DNA of 64,000 bases from Candidatus Latescibacterota bacterium (GTDB lineage: Bacteria; Latescibacterota; UBA2968; UBA8231): assembly GCA_965261395.1 (NCBI GenBank), contig OZ253462.1, positions 5,344,001-5,408,000 of the forward strand, read 5' to 3'. Below the pieces are notes generated by a model. That model was given only the letters and a program-made list of their open reading frames with translations. It was not told the DNA's origin and made no database searches. Positions 50,482 through 60,511 of this stretch are shown here, one piece after another. The first letter of the stretch is position 1. Each line of letters starts with the position of its first letter. A program made the position numbers and the translations under genes.

Positions 50482-51228
50482 TCAGCGGTAGTCTTCGGCT
50501 CGGTCCGCGGGCACAAAGCCCACCGTCTGGCGAGCGTGCTCCAAGTCGCGGTAGCCCCATTTGTTGTCCGAGTTGACGAAGAAGATGTCGAAGGGCAAGT
50601 CGAGAGGGGCGGCAAGGCACTTTTCGATCATCTGCACGGCGTCGCGCTGGCTGCACCAGACGCAGTATTCGCGGGAATGGGTTGGGCGGTTCTCCGGGTT
50701 GACGCGGCCAAAGCGCAGGCAGAGGACAGACATGCCGTAGGCCGAGGCGTATTCGCGTCCCAGCTCTTCGCCCCAGACCTTGCTGGCCGCGTACAGACCC
50801 GTTGGCCGCAGGGGTGATTGCGCCGTCAGCATTGACCACGTAGCCGGCACTTGGTCGTATTCCCCGGCCAAAAGCTCCTTGTATGGCGAGAGCGCGGTGT
50901 ATCCACCCATGACCGACCCACTGCTGGCAAAGAGGACGCGGCGCACTCCGGCCTCGCGGGCCGCGGCGAAAACATTGCCGGTACCCTGCAAGTTGGCACG
51001 GAAAATCGCCGGCAGGTCATTGGCGATGTGCGCGGCGAGATGGACGACCGCATCGATCCCGGCAAAGGCCGGCCGGATGGCGTCGAGATCGGCGATGTCG
51101 GCCTGGTGGCAGTCGATGTGCGGGAGCGGGCGGCGGTTGAGGGCGCGCAAGTTATAGTGCTTGCGCAGGCTGGCGCACGCGGCCGTGCCGATCAGACCTG
51201 TGGCACCCGTGATGAGGACGTTTTGCAT
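50482..51228 (-). CDS. NAD-dependent epimerase/dehydratase (uronate dehydrogenase-like)
   Basis: ITGATGLIG, VVHLAA, YAASK. Confidence 0.85.
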   Translation of the reverse strand: MQNVLITGATGLIGTAACASLRKHYNLRALNRRPLPHIDCHQADIADLDAIRPAFAGIDAVVHLAAHIANDLPAIFRANLQGTGNVFAAAREAGVRRVLFASSGSVMGGYTALSPYKELLAGEYDQVPATWSMLTAQSPLRPTGLYAASKVWGEELGREYASAYGMSVLCLRFGRVNPENRPTHSREYCVWCSQRDAVQMIEKCLAAPLDLPFDIFFVNSDNKWGYRDLEHARQTVGFVPADRAEDYR

Positions 51229-51377
51229 GGCGTGTCCGAACAGTTATGAGGTTCCACTAAGTAAGGAATTGCGGACGCGGTGTCCAGCAGAGCAGATTGT
51301 CGGCAAAGAGCGGTTTGGCTAATATAGACGGCGCGAAATGCACTGGAGCAATTTGCGGATTCTATGCGGCTATATCC

Positions 51378-52640
51378 TTGAAAAAAATACTAGTTCCACT
51401 GTTCATAAGTCTAATCGCCTGCGGAGGCGACGACCGCCCGCGCCCCGGCGAGCCGACCTCGGTAGTGTTGTGGGAATTCGGCGGGGTGCCGGGCCTGCGC
51501 GAATGGGTGCAGCAGGCCGTGGCCGACTTCAACGCCTCCCGCAGCGACATCCAAATCGAGCTGGAATTCCGCGACTGGGCGACGCAACGCGAGAGTCTGA
51601 TTAGCACCACCATCGTCGGCGATGGGCCGGATATCGTGCGGGTGCATCACAAGTACTCGGTGGAGTTCGGCGAGTTGGGGGGATTGTACGCGCTGGAGAA
51701 CTTCCCCGATTTCCCCCAAGTCAAGGAGCGCATCCTCGACAATGTTTGGGAACTGGTCGAATACGACGGCAAGCACTACGGCCTGCCGGTGACCATGCTG
51801 CCCTTCGTGCTGGCGGTCAACACCGACATTATGGCGCGGATGGGACTCGAAGTTCCCAAGACCTGGGATGAGATGCTGGCGCTCGGCCCGCAATTCGCGG
51901 GCACGGGAATCGAGCCTTTTACCATACCTGGGGGCCTCAATCTGGACACGGCCTACCGCTTCTTGCCGCTGCTGTACAAAGCGGGTGGGCGCGTCTTTAA
52001 CGACGATTGGTCGGCCGCGGCCTTTAACGGACCAGCCGGGCAAGCGGCGTTGGAGTTTTTGATAGAAATGAAGAACAAAGGCTATTTGCCCGCCGCCAGT
52101 GCTGCCTACGCTTTTGACGAGAATGCCGCGCACTGGTCAACGGGCAGGGCGGCGCTGTCGATTGAGGGGCCGTGGTGGCAGGATATCGTCCACGGCAACT
52201 ACGACTTCGATCTGAACAATCTGGCGCTGGCGCAGATTCCCACGCCCACCGAGCACCTCGGGCCGCGCGAATCGCGGACCTTGCTCGACGTAATTATGAT
52301 TGCCATAACGGGCTATACCAAGGTTCCCAATGAAGCTTGGGAAGTGATCAAGGCGCTGAATTTGGACCATCCGGTCTGGCGCAACCCCAACCCGACCATG
52401 GGCGGCATTCCCACGCTGAAGGCGGCCTATGTCGAAGGCGTGCAATCCGATTACATCGACCTAGACCAACTCGCCATAGCTGGGGCCAATGGGCTGGGCT
52501 GGCCGGGGCATCCGGCGGTCACCCAAATCCAGCGGCACATTGCCGACGCGGTCAATACGGCGCTGACCGGCACGCTAAGCCCCAAGGAGGCGCTGGACTT
52601 TGCCGCCGAAGAAGTAAACGAGGTGTTGAGTGATTACTAA
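51378..52640 (+). CDS. CUT1 sugar ABC substrate-binding lipoprotein
   Basis: LIAC lipobox, GDGPDI, YDGKHYGLP, PKTWDEM; start uncertain. Confidence 0.88.
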   Translation: MKKILVPLFISLIACGGDDRPRPGEPTSVVLWEFGGVPGLREWVQQAVADFNASRSDIQIELEFRDWATQRESLISTTIVGDGPDIVRVHHKYSVEFGELGGLYALENFPDFPQVKERILDNVWELVEYDGKHYGLPVTMLPFVLAVNTDIMARMGLEVPKTWDEMLALGPQFAGTGIEPFTIPGGLNLDTAYRFLPLLYKAGGRVFNDDWSAAAFNGPAGQAALEFLIEMKNKGYLPAASAAYAFDENAAHWSTGRAALSIEGPWWQDIVHGNYDFDLNNLALAQIPTPTEHLGPRESRTLLDVIMIAITGYTKVPNEAWEVIKALNLDHPVWRNPNPTMGGIPTLKAAYVEGVQSDYIDLDQLAIAGANGLGWPGHPAVTQIQRHIADAVNTALTGTLSPKEALDFAAEEVNEVLSDY

Positions 52641-53535
52641 AGGCGCGCTGCGCAAAAATCTGACGCCGTACTATTTTTTGTTGCCGGCGATTCTGGTCTT
52701 GGCGGTCGTCATCCTCTATCCGGTGTTCAGCAACCTGATCATGAGCTTGTACAAGGTGAAGCTCTTCCGCGGGGCTGGCGACGAGTTCATCGGCCTGACT
52801 CACTACGCCAAGCTCTTCGGCAGCCGCACCTTTGTCAACAGCATCTGGAGTTCGGTGCGCTTTACGCTTTACTCGCTGCCGGTGGCCTTCGTCTTGGGCT
52901 TGGGGATGGCGTTGATCTTCAACGAGATCCGCAAGTATCGGCCGGTCTTTACCGGCTTTCTGCTCATCCCCTGGGCCATCGCCCCGGTGGTGACCGGCTA
53001 TATGTGGCGCTGGCTCTTCCACGATAGCTTCGGCCTCGTCAATCATACGCTCCTGAGCCTCGGCTTCATCGACGCCAATGTCCCCTGGCTAGCGCAGCCA
53101 GACACAGCTATCGGCGCGGTGGTGGTGGCCAATGTCTGGCGCTTCATGCCCTATATCACCATCATGCTGCTGGCCGGTCTGCAGGGCGTATCCTCCGAGC
53201 TGTACGAGGCCGCGCACGTCGATGGAGCCAATGTGTTCGAGCGCTTCTTCCACGTGACGCTGCCGCAGCTCAAACACGTGATCGGGGTGGTCTTCCTCTT
53301 CGCCACGATCTGGATGGTCAACGACTTCGCGCTGATCTTCATTATGACCGAGGGAGGCCCGGCCAAGGCCACGCAGGTGGTGCCGATTACAGTGTATCGC
53401 ATCGCCTTCGAGCACCTGCGGCTCGGCAAGGGCGCGGCCGCGGCACTCATTCTGCTGCTCTTTTTGCTATCGTTGAGCATCGTCTTCATCCGCATGCTCT
53501 TCCGCGAGGAGAGGAGAAGCGGGGATGCGAATTAA
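52630..53535 (+). CDS. Sugar ABC permease
   Basis: LAGLQGVSSELYEAAHVDGA (EAA motif), TEGGP. Confidence 0.92.
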   Translation: MITKGALRKNLTPYYFLLPAILVLAVVILYPVFSNLIMSLYKVKLFRGAGDEFIGLTHYAKLFGSRTFVNSIWSSVRFTLYSLPVAFVLGLGMALIFNEIRKYRPVFTGFLLIPWAIAPVVTGYMWRWLFHDSFGLVNHTLLSLGFIDANVPWLAQPDTAIGAVVVANVWRFMPYITIMLLAGLQGVSSELYEAAHVDGANVFERFFHVTLPQLKHVIGVVFLFATIWMVNDFALIFIMTEGGPAKATQVVPITVYRIAFEHLRLGKGAAAALILLLFLLSLSIVFIRMLFREERRSGDAN

Positions 53536-54364
53536 GACCCAAGAAAAAGTCCGCGCCTATCTCGCCTACGGCTTGGGATCGGTCTTTGTGCTCGCGCTGG
53601 TGATGCCGCTGATATGGGTGGTCACGACTTCGGTGCGTCCCCTGTCCGAGATGACGCAGACGCCGCCTTTGGTCTTTCCGCGCTCGGTCACTTTCAGCGC
53701 ATACGTCGATATGTGGGACACCGGGCCGTTTGGGAAGTACTTTGCCAACAGCATGGTGATTTCCCTTTCGACGGCCCTGATTGCCCTCGCGTTTAGCATC
53801 TGCGCGGCGTATGCCTTTGCCCGCTTTCGCTTTCGCGGCAATACCTTGTTGCTGATGGTAGTGGTGATGTCGCAAATGCTGCCTGGTTCTTCGATTCTCA
53901 TCCCGCTCTTTCAGGTGATTCGCTCGTTCGGCTTGCTCGACACGCATGTGGGCATGGTGCTGATCTACACGGGCTTTGCCATCCCCTTTTGCACCTGGCT
54001 GCTCAACGGCTATTTCCGCGCCATCCCCACCGACCTAGAGCAGGCCGCGCTCATCGACGGCTGCAATCGCCTTCAGCTACTCTACCGAATCATCTTGCCA
54101 TTGGCCGCACCAGCGATTGTGGCAGTGGGGACCTTTGCGTTTTTGCTTTCGTGGAATGAATTCTTGTTCGCTTTTGTGTTTACCAAATCGCAGGCCCTGA
54201 CCATTCCGGTGGGGCTACGCGCCGCGTTTTTGGGGCAATACGTCAACAAATACGACCAGCTATTCGCCGCGTCGCTGATTTTTAGCCTGCCGCCAATCGC
54301 GCTCTTTGTGGGGTTGCAGCGGTATTTTGTCCAGGGATTAACGGCTGGTGCCGTGAAGGGATAA
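53525..54364 (+). CDS. Sugar ABC permease
   Basis: IPTDLEQAALIDG, WNEF, GLTAGAVKG. Confidence 0.92.
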   Translation: MRIKTQEKVRAYLAYGLGSVFVLALVMPLIWVVTTSVRPLSEMTQTPPLVFPRSVTFSAYVDMWDTGPFGKYFANSMVISLSTALIALAFSICAAYAFARFRFRGNTLLLMVVVMSQMLPGSSILIPLFQVIRSFGLLDTHVGMVLIYTGFAIPFCTWLLNGYFRAIPTDLEQAALIDGCNRLQLLYRIILPLAAPAIVAVGTFAFLLSWNEFLFAFVFTKSQALTIPVGLRAAFLGQYVNKYDQLFAASLIFSLPPIALFVGLQRYFVQGLTAGAVKG

Positions 54365-54376
54365 GGAGTCCTCGCG

Positions 54377-55954
54377 ATGCGTTTTTTCAACACCAGCGGT
54401 CCGGTGGTGGCCGAGGATCACTACCGTATCCCGCCCTTGGAGCGACTGAACCTCGCCGCGGTGCGCCGGTTCATCCGCGACAAACGCTACTTCGTCCTGC
54501 ACGCGCCGCGGCAGACGGGCAAGACCTCGGCCCTGCTGGCGCTGCGCGATCTGCTCAACGCCGAAGGGGCCTATCGCTGCGTGTACGTCAACGTGGAAGG
54601 CGGGCAGGCCGGGCGCGAAGATGTGGAACAGGTAATACGCACCGTTTTGGGAGCGTTGGCGTCTCGGGCGAGCTGGACGCTGGACGACGATTTCTTGGAT
54701 GCGATTTGGCCCGACCTCTTGACCAAATACGGTCCGCACGCGGCTCTGCAAGAGGCATTGACGCGCTGGTCCAAGGCTGATCCCAAGCCCTTCGTGCTGC
54801 TGATCGACGAAATAGATTCCTTGATCGGCGATTCTTTGCTGTCGGTGCTGCGGCAGTTGCGGGCCGGCTACGATTTGCGACCAGCGGGTTTTCCGCAGAG
54901 CGTGGTGCTGTGCGGGGTGCGCGATGTGCGCGATTACCGCATTCAATCGACGGCGGAGAATGCGCTTATCGCCGGCGGTAGTGCGTTCAATATCAAAGCG
55001 CGCTCGTTGCGTCTGGGCGACTTTTCGCGGGCGGAGGTGCTGGCGCTATTGGGTCAGCACACCGAGGAGACGGGGCAGATATTCACCGCCGAGGCGCTGG
55101 ACGCGGTTTGGACGCAGACCCAAGGACAGCCGTGGCTAGTCAACGCGCTGGCCGACGAAGCCTGCTTCTATGGCGAATTTGCCGAGGCGTGGCATCGTCC
55201 GGTAGCCGCCGAAGCCATCCGCGCCGCGCAAGAGCAACTCATCCTGCGGCGCGAGACGCATCTGGATCAGTTGGCCGACAAGCTCCAAGAGGAGCGGGTG
55301 CGGCGGGTGGTCGAGCCGCTGTTGAGCGGCGGCGAAGCGCGCGCTATGCCCTCCGACGACTTGACCTATCTCCGCGATCTGGGGCTGATCAGTGCAGATG
55401 ATCCGGCTCGTATTGCCAACCCCATTTACCGCGAGGTTATTCCGCGGGAACTCACCTATACCACCCAAGCGATGTTGGCGCAAGAAACGGCGTGGTATGT
55501 GGGGGACGATGGAGACCTACACGTCGGCAAACTACTAACCGCGTTCCAAGCGTTCTTCCGCGAGCACTCCGAGCACTGGGTCGAGCGGTTCGAGTACAAG
55601 GAAGCGGGGCCACAGTTGCTGTTGCAGGCATTTTTGCAGCGCATCGTCAACAGCGGCGGTCGCATCGAGCGCGAATACGGCCTCGGTCGGATGCGGACGG
55701 ATTTGCTGATTGTGTGGCCGCAGGGCGAACAGACGCGCCAGTTCGTCGTCGAGTGCAAGGTGCTGCACAAGAGCTTGAAGCAGACCATCGCCGAGGGGTT
55801 GGAGCAGACGGCGGAGTACATGGATCGCTGCGCGGCCGAGGCGGGTCATCTGGTGATTTTCGACCGGCGCGAAGGGCGGCGTTGGGCGGACAAGGTGTTC
55901 CACCGCCGCCGGACCGCGGACCGCGGGGTCGAGATCGATATTTGGGGAATGTGA
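54377..55954 (+). CDS. AAA-like ATPase with a putative C-terminal PD-(D/E)xK nuclease
   Basis: FFNTSGP, APRQTGKT, LIDEID, TQGQPWLVN, REY..RTDL..VECK. Confidence 0.8.
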   Translation: MRFFNTSGPVVAEDHYRIPPLERLNLAAVRRFIRDKRYFVLHAPRQTGKTSALLALRDLLNAEGAYRCVYVNVEGGQAGREDVEQVIRTVLGALASRASWTLDDDFLDAIWPDLLTKYGPHAALQEALTRWSKADPKPFVLLIDEIDSLIGDSLLSVLRQLRAGYDLRPAGFPQSVVLCGVRDVRDYRIQSTAENALIAGGSAFNIKARSLRLGDFSRAEVLALLGQHTEETGQIFTAEALDAVWTQTQGQPWLVNALADEACFYGEFAEAWHRPVAAEAIRAAQEQLILRRETHLDQLADKLQEERVRRVVEPLLSGGEARAMPSDDLTYLRDLGLISADDPARIANPIYREVIPRELTYTTQAMLAQETAWYVGDDGDLHVGKLLTAFQAFFREHSEHWVERFEYKEAGPQLLLQAFLQRIVNSGGRIEREYGLGRMRTDLLIVWPQGEQTRQFVVECKVLHKSLKQTIAEGLEQTAEYMDRCAAEAGHLVIFDRREGRRWADKVFHRRRTADRGVEIDIWGM

Positions 55955-55977
55955 CCGTAAGGAAAGGAACGCGACCT

Positions 55978-56958
55978 ATGAAAAAAACATGGCTGCTGAG
56001 CCTGCTGCTAATCGCCTGCGGACAGCCGGACGACGCGCCCGACAAACTCAAGATCGGCTACGTGATCAACTTCATGTCGCACGAGTGGTATCAAAACATC
56101 AGCAAGTCGGCGACAGCGCGGGCAGCCGAGTTGGGTGTCGAGCTGATCGTCGCCGATGCCAACCTCGACGTGGCAGCGCAAATCTCCAAGGCCGAAAACC
56201 TGCTCGCCCAAGGGGTCGAGGTGCTGATTTTGTCGCCGGTGGATGCCAAGGCGATGGGGCCGATAGTGCGGCAGGCCAAGGCCGCGGGTGCCAAGGTGAT
56301 TACCGAATCCAACCCCGTGCCAGAGGCCGACAGCTACGTGGGAATCGACAACTACGCCAGCGGGGTCAAGGCCGGTGAGTGGTTTGCCGAGTACGCCCAA
56401 GCCAAGGGGATCGATCCCAAAATCCTCACCGTCGGTTTCCCCAACTTCGAGGATTGCCGGCAGCGGGTCGATGGTTTTAAGGACGCGCTCGCGGCCTCGG
56501 GTCTGACCTATACAATCGTCCAAGAAGTCGATGGGCAGGGCCTCAAAGAAAAGGCGTTCAAGGTGGCGCAGGACGCGCTGACAGCCAACCCGCAGATCAA
56601 CGTGATCTACGGCATCAACGACGATTCGACGACCGGCGGCATGGCGGCCTATAAAGCTGCGGGTCTCGACGAAGCAGCGCTGACGGCGATCGGCTTTGGC
56701 TTCGAGGGCACCGTGGGACAGACGGCCCTGACTGGCGACACGCCCTACGCGGCGGCCCTGGCAATGTTTCCCAACTTCGTCGGCGCATCGCTGATTGACG
56801 CAGCCGTGCAGTTGAGCGAAGGCAAATCGTTGCCCGACCACTACGAGACGCCGACCATCGTCGTCACCCGCGACAATCTCAGCCGCTTCTACGACATAAG
56901 CACCGAGCCGCCCTTCGCCCTCAAGGTGGATGCGGTGCGGGCCTTGATGTCGCAATGA
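55978..56958 (+). CDS. CUT2 (RbsB-like) substrate-binding lipoprotein
   Basis: LIAC lipobox, VGIDNYASG, QRVDGF, INDD. Confidence 0.9.
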   Translation: MKKTWLLSLLLIACGQPDDAPDKLKIGYVINFMSHEWYQNISKSATARAAELGVELIVADANLDVAAQISKAENLLAQGVEVLILSPVDAKAMGPIVRQAKAAGAKVITESNPVPEADSYVGIDNYASGVKAGEWFAEYAQAKGIDPKILTVGFPNFEDCRQRVDGFKDALAASGLTYTIVQEVDGQGLKEKAFKVAQDALTANPQINVIYGINDDSTTGGMAAYKAAGLDEAALTAIGFGFEGTVGQTALTGDTPYAAALAMFPNFVGASLIDAAVQLSEGKSLPDHYETPTIVVTRDNLSRFYDISTEPPFALKVDAVRALMSQ

Positions 56959-57926
56959 GTCGCTTTCTTGCGCGAGTACTCCACAGCGAGCAGGCCGGGC
57001 TGTTGCTGGCGTTGGTCTTGCTCTGCGTGGGGATTTCGCTTTTGACGCCGGTCTTCTTTACCGCCGTCAATATCAAGAACGTGCTGCGCGACGCCTCGCT
57101 GGTGGCCATCGCCGGGATCGGCATGGTGATGATCATCCTGCTCGGCGAGATCGACCTGAGCGTCGGCTCGACCCAAGCCGTGGCCGGGATCATCGCCGTA
57201 GCTGTGCTCAATCAGTTTGAGAGCGTGACGCTGGCGCTGGGGGCCGCACTGGTTGCCGGGGCGCTCGTCGGCCTGTGCAACGGACTGTTGGTCACCAAGG
57301 CCGGCATCAACTCCCTGATCGCCACCTTGGGTATGATGGCGATTTTGCGCGGCTCGGCCATGGTCAGTACCCAAGCGGTATCGATCCAAGGCAAAGTAGA
57401 AGGCTTCGTCGAAGTGGGGACCGGATACTTGGGGCCGATCCCGATCCCGGTACTGGTGACCTTTGTCCTCTTCGGGTTGTTTTACTACGTCCTGCACCAC
57501 ACCATCCTCGGCCGCTACATCTACGCCATCGGCGGCAATATCCAAGCGGCGCGGCTGGCGGGCTTGGCCGTTGATCGCACGCGCGTCTTGGTCTTTGTGC
57601 TCGGCGGGGTGCTAGCGGCCTTGAGCGCCTTTATCTTGGCCTCGCGCCTCAACTCCGGGCAGCCGAATGCCGGCCTAGGGTTTGAGTTGCAGGTGATCGC
57701 CGCGGTGATCTTGGGCGGCATCAGCCTGACGGGCGGCGTGGGTACGCTCGGCGGTGCTTTTATCGGCATCCTGATTCTGACGGTGCTCTCCAACGGCTTG
57801 GTGCTTTTGAACGTGTCGTCCTTCTACCACGATATTGCGCGCGGCGCGGTAATTATTCTCGCCGTGTATCTGGACACCCGGCGCAAGCAGAGCCTCCTGC
57901 GACGGCTACTCGCCCCCCCAACATGA
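56955..57926 (+). CDS. CUT2 (RbsC-like) ABC permease
   Basis: GEIDLSVGS, YAIGGN..AARLAG, ELQVIAAVILGG. Confidence 0.92.
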   Translation: MSRFLARVLHSEQAGLLLALVLLCVGISLLTPVFFTAVNIKNVLRDASLVAIAGIGMVMIILLGEIDLSVGSTQAVAGIIAVAVLNQFESVTLALGAALVAGALVGLCNGLLVTKAGINSLIATLGMMAILRGSAMVSTQAVSIQGKVEGFVEVGTGYLGPIPIPVLVTFVLFGLFYYVLHHTILGRYIYAIGGNIQAARLAGLAVDRTRVLVFVLGGVLAALSAFILASRLNSGQPNAGLGFELQVIAAVILGGISLTGGVGTLGGAFIGILILTVLSNGLVLLNVSSFYHDIARGAVIILAVYLDTRRKQSLLRRLLAPPT

Positions 57927-59413
57927 CGCCGCTGCTTTCCCTAGAGGATATCCACAAGCGCTTCCCCGGCGTCTATGCGCTCAAGGGCGTTGATTTCGCG
58001 GTACTGCCAGGGGAAGTCCACGCGCTGGTCGGCGAAAACGGCGCGGGCAAGAGCACCTTGATCAAAATTGCGGCCGGCGTGTATAGCCGCGACCAAGGCC
58101 GCTACCAGATCGCAGGCCGCCCCGTAGATATCCGCCATCCGCGCCAAGCCCTGGACCACGGGCTGGCGGTCGTTTACCAAGAGTTAGAGTTAGTCCCTTC
58201 GCTGTCGGTGGCTGAGAATTTGTTCTTCGGCCGCCTGCCGCACGGGCGCGGTGGGCGCGTCCACTGGAACTCGCTCTACGCTGCGTCTGCAACGCTATTG
58301 GCCGAGGTCGGGCTATCGGTTGACCCGCAGACCAAGGTCGGCCATCTCGGCGTAGCCGCGCAGCAATTGGTCGAGATCGCGCGGGCGCTGGCGTGCGACG
58401 CCCAAGTAATCGTCATGGACGAGCCAACCTCGGCGCTGAGTACGCGCGAGATCGACAAACTCTTTGCGCTCATCGCCCGGCTCAAGGCGCGAGGCGTGGG
58501 CGTGGTCTATGTATCGCACAAGCTCGCCGAGGTCATGGCGCTGGCCGACCGGGTGACGGTCTTGCGCGACGGAGAGCGCGTCGCCTGCGAGCAAGCCGCC
58601 GACCTCGACGAAGAGCGGCTGATCGCGCTGATGGTGGGGCGGGCATTGGGCCAAGGTTTTCCCGCAGCCGATCGCACGCCGGGGCCGTGTGCACTGGAAG
58701 TGGATGGGCTGACCACGGACCGGGTGCGGGACATTTCCTTCCGGGTCTGCGCTGGGGAAATCGTCGGCTTCTCCGGACTGATGGGCGCGGGGCGGACGGA
58801 ACTAGCACGGGCCGTGATGGGCGTGGATCGCCGCCGCGCGGGAACTGTCACCCTCGGCGGGGTCGCCGTGCCAGCGAACGCACCGCCGAGGGCGCGTACC
58901 CTCGGATTGGGACTAGTACCGGAGGATCGCCGGGCCGACGGCCTGTTCGCCCAGCAAAGCGTGCGCGCAAACGCGAGCGTCGCGGCCTTAGAGCAGTTTT
59001 GCCGCGCCGGGCACGTGCAGGTAGGAGCGGAGCGGCAGCAAGTCGGCGCACTCGTCGCACGCCTGCGCCTGCGTCCCCCCGACCAAGAGCAGACCATCGC
59101 TCGGCTCAGTGGCGGCAATCAGCAAAAGGTGCTGCTGGCCCGCTGGCTGCTGAAGGAAAATTTGCAGGTGCTGCTCGTCGATGAGCCGACCCGGGGGATC
59201 GATGTCGGCGCCAAGGCCGAGATCTATCAATTGCTGGACGAACTGGCGCGCCAAGGGCTGGCAATCGTGGTCCTCTCGTCGGAAATGCCCGAAATTCTGG
59301 GACTGTGCGACCGAGTGTACGTGATGCGCGAGGGACGGATTGCCGCCGAATACGCACGGGCCGAGGCCACGCCGGAAAAACTTTTGGCCAGCGCCCTACC
59401 CAGCGCCAGCTAA
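57923..59413 (+). CDS. CUT2 (RbsA-like) ABC ATP-binding protein
   Basis: GENGAGKST, MDEPT, LSGGNQQK, DEPTRGIDVGAK. Confidence 0.94.
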   Translation: MTPLLSLEDIHKRFPGVYALKGVDFAVLPGEVHALVGENGAGKSTLIKIAAGVYSRDQGRYQIAGRPVDIRHPRQALDHGLAVVYQELELVPSLSVAENLFFGRLPHGRGGRVHWNSLYAASATLLAEVGLSVDPQTKVGHLGVAAQQLVEIARALACDAQVIVMDEPTSALSTREIDKLFALIARLKARGVGVVYVSHKLAEVMALADRVTVLRDGERVACEQAADLDEERLIALMVGRALGQGFPAADRTPGPCALEVDGLTTDRVRDISFRVCAGEIVGFSGLMGAGRTELARAVMGVDRRRAGTVTLGGVAVPANAPPRARTLGLGLVPEDRRADGLFAQQSVRANASVAALEQFCRAGHVQVGAERQQVGALVARLRLRPPDQEQTIARLSGGNQQKVLLARWLLKENLQVLLVDEPTRGIDVGAKAEIYQLLDELARQGLAIVVLSSEMPEILGLCDRVYVMREGRIAAEYARAEATPEKLLASALPSAS

Positions 59414-59443
59414 AGCCATTCATCCCCATCAAAGAGGTGCAAC

Positions 59444-60472
59444 GTGAAAATCCTCATCACCGGCGGCACCGGCCGCGTCGGAGCCAATTTGGCGCAAGCC
59501 CTGCTCGACAAAGGGCACGAGATCCGCTCGTTTGTCTATCCCGGCGACCAAAGCCGCGCCCACAAGCTCGACGGCTTTGACCGCGTCGAGACCATCGAAG
59601 GCGATTTGCGCAATTTCGCCGACGTGCGCCGCGCGGTCGAGGGAGTCGATGCGGTGTACCACATCGCCGCGGCCTTTGCCGGCCCCTTCGACAACCGCGA
59701 ATACCTCGAAATCAACGGCATGGGCACCATCAACGTGCTGGAGTCCATCCGCGAGCTAGCGCCCAATCTGCACCGCTTGGTCTATGCTTCCACTGAGGCG
59801 ATCTACTGGGACAATCCCTACAACGGCCGCTGCTTTGAAGAGCCAATCCGCGAAGATCAGGTCGCCCGCTACCAGACGATGCCCTACTTCCTGACCAAGT
59901 GGATCGGTGAAGAGCTAGTGATGAGCTATCACCGCCAGTACGGGTTGCCGGCCGCGACCACGCGCTTTGCCACGATTATTGAGCCGGGGGAATTCCTCGA
60001 CGAAAATGGCTTGCCGCACCTGTTTTTGTTGGGGCCGGTTTACGAGCGGTTCAAGGACCAAGAGGGGGCCGAGGAGCTCAAGGCGCTGTGGACGGGCGAG
60101 GAGCAGTTCTTGCTATCGCGGAATCCAGACGGGCGACCCTATCGGCAGGCGTTTGCCGACGTACGCGACATCGTCCAAGGGCTGGTACTGGCGCTGGAGC
60201 GGGACGAGGCCGTGGGCGAGGTATTCAACTTGGGCGGGGCCGCGCTGTTCGACTGGGGTACAGCCGTCCCCTATCTCGCCGAGCGCTTCGGGCTGGGGTT
60301 CGTCGAGGCGCGGCGGCCGGATTGGAACTACTTCGAGTTAGATTTGACCAACATCAAGGAAAAATTGGGGTTTGAACCCAAGCACGACTTGGCGAGCATA
60401 CTCGATGCGGCTGAGGCCATGCGGCGCGGCGAGGACGTGGGGATTATCCCGACGGGGGTGCGCTTTGGATAG
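59444..60472 (+). CDS. NAD-dependent epimerase/dehydratase
   Basis: ITGGTGRVG, YHIAA, YFLTK. Confidence 0.88.
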   Translation: MKILITGGTGRVGANLAQALLDKGHEIRSFVYPGDQSRAHKLDGFDRVETIEGDLRNFADVRRAVEGVDAVYHIAAAFAGPFDNREYLEINGMGTINVLESIRELAPNLHRLVYASTEAIYWDNPYNGRCFEEPIREDQVARYQTMPYFLTKWIGEELVMSYHRQYGLPAATTRFATIIEPGEFLDENGLPHLFLLGPVYERFKDQEGAEELKALWTGEEQFLLSRNPDGRPYRQAFADVRDIVQGLVLALERDEAVGEVFNLGGAALFDWGTAVPYLAERFGLGFVEARRPDWNYFELDLTNIKEKLGFEPKHDLASILDAAEAMRRGEDVGIIPTGVRFG

Positions 60473-60511
60473 GCGTAGTGTCGCACCGGAATTTCCTGTT
60501 GTGAGGAGAAC

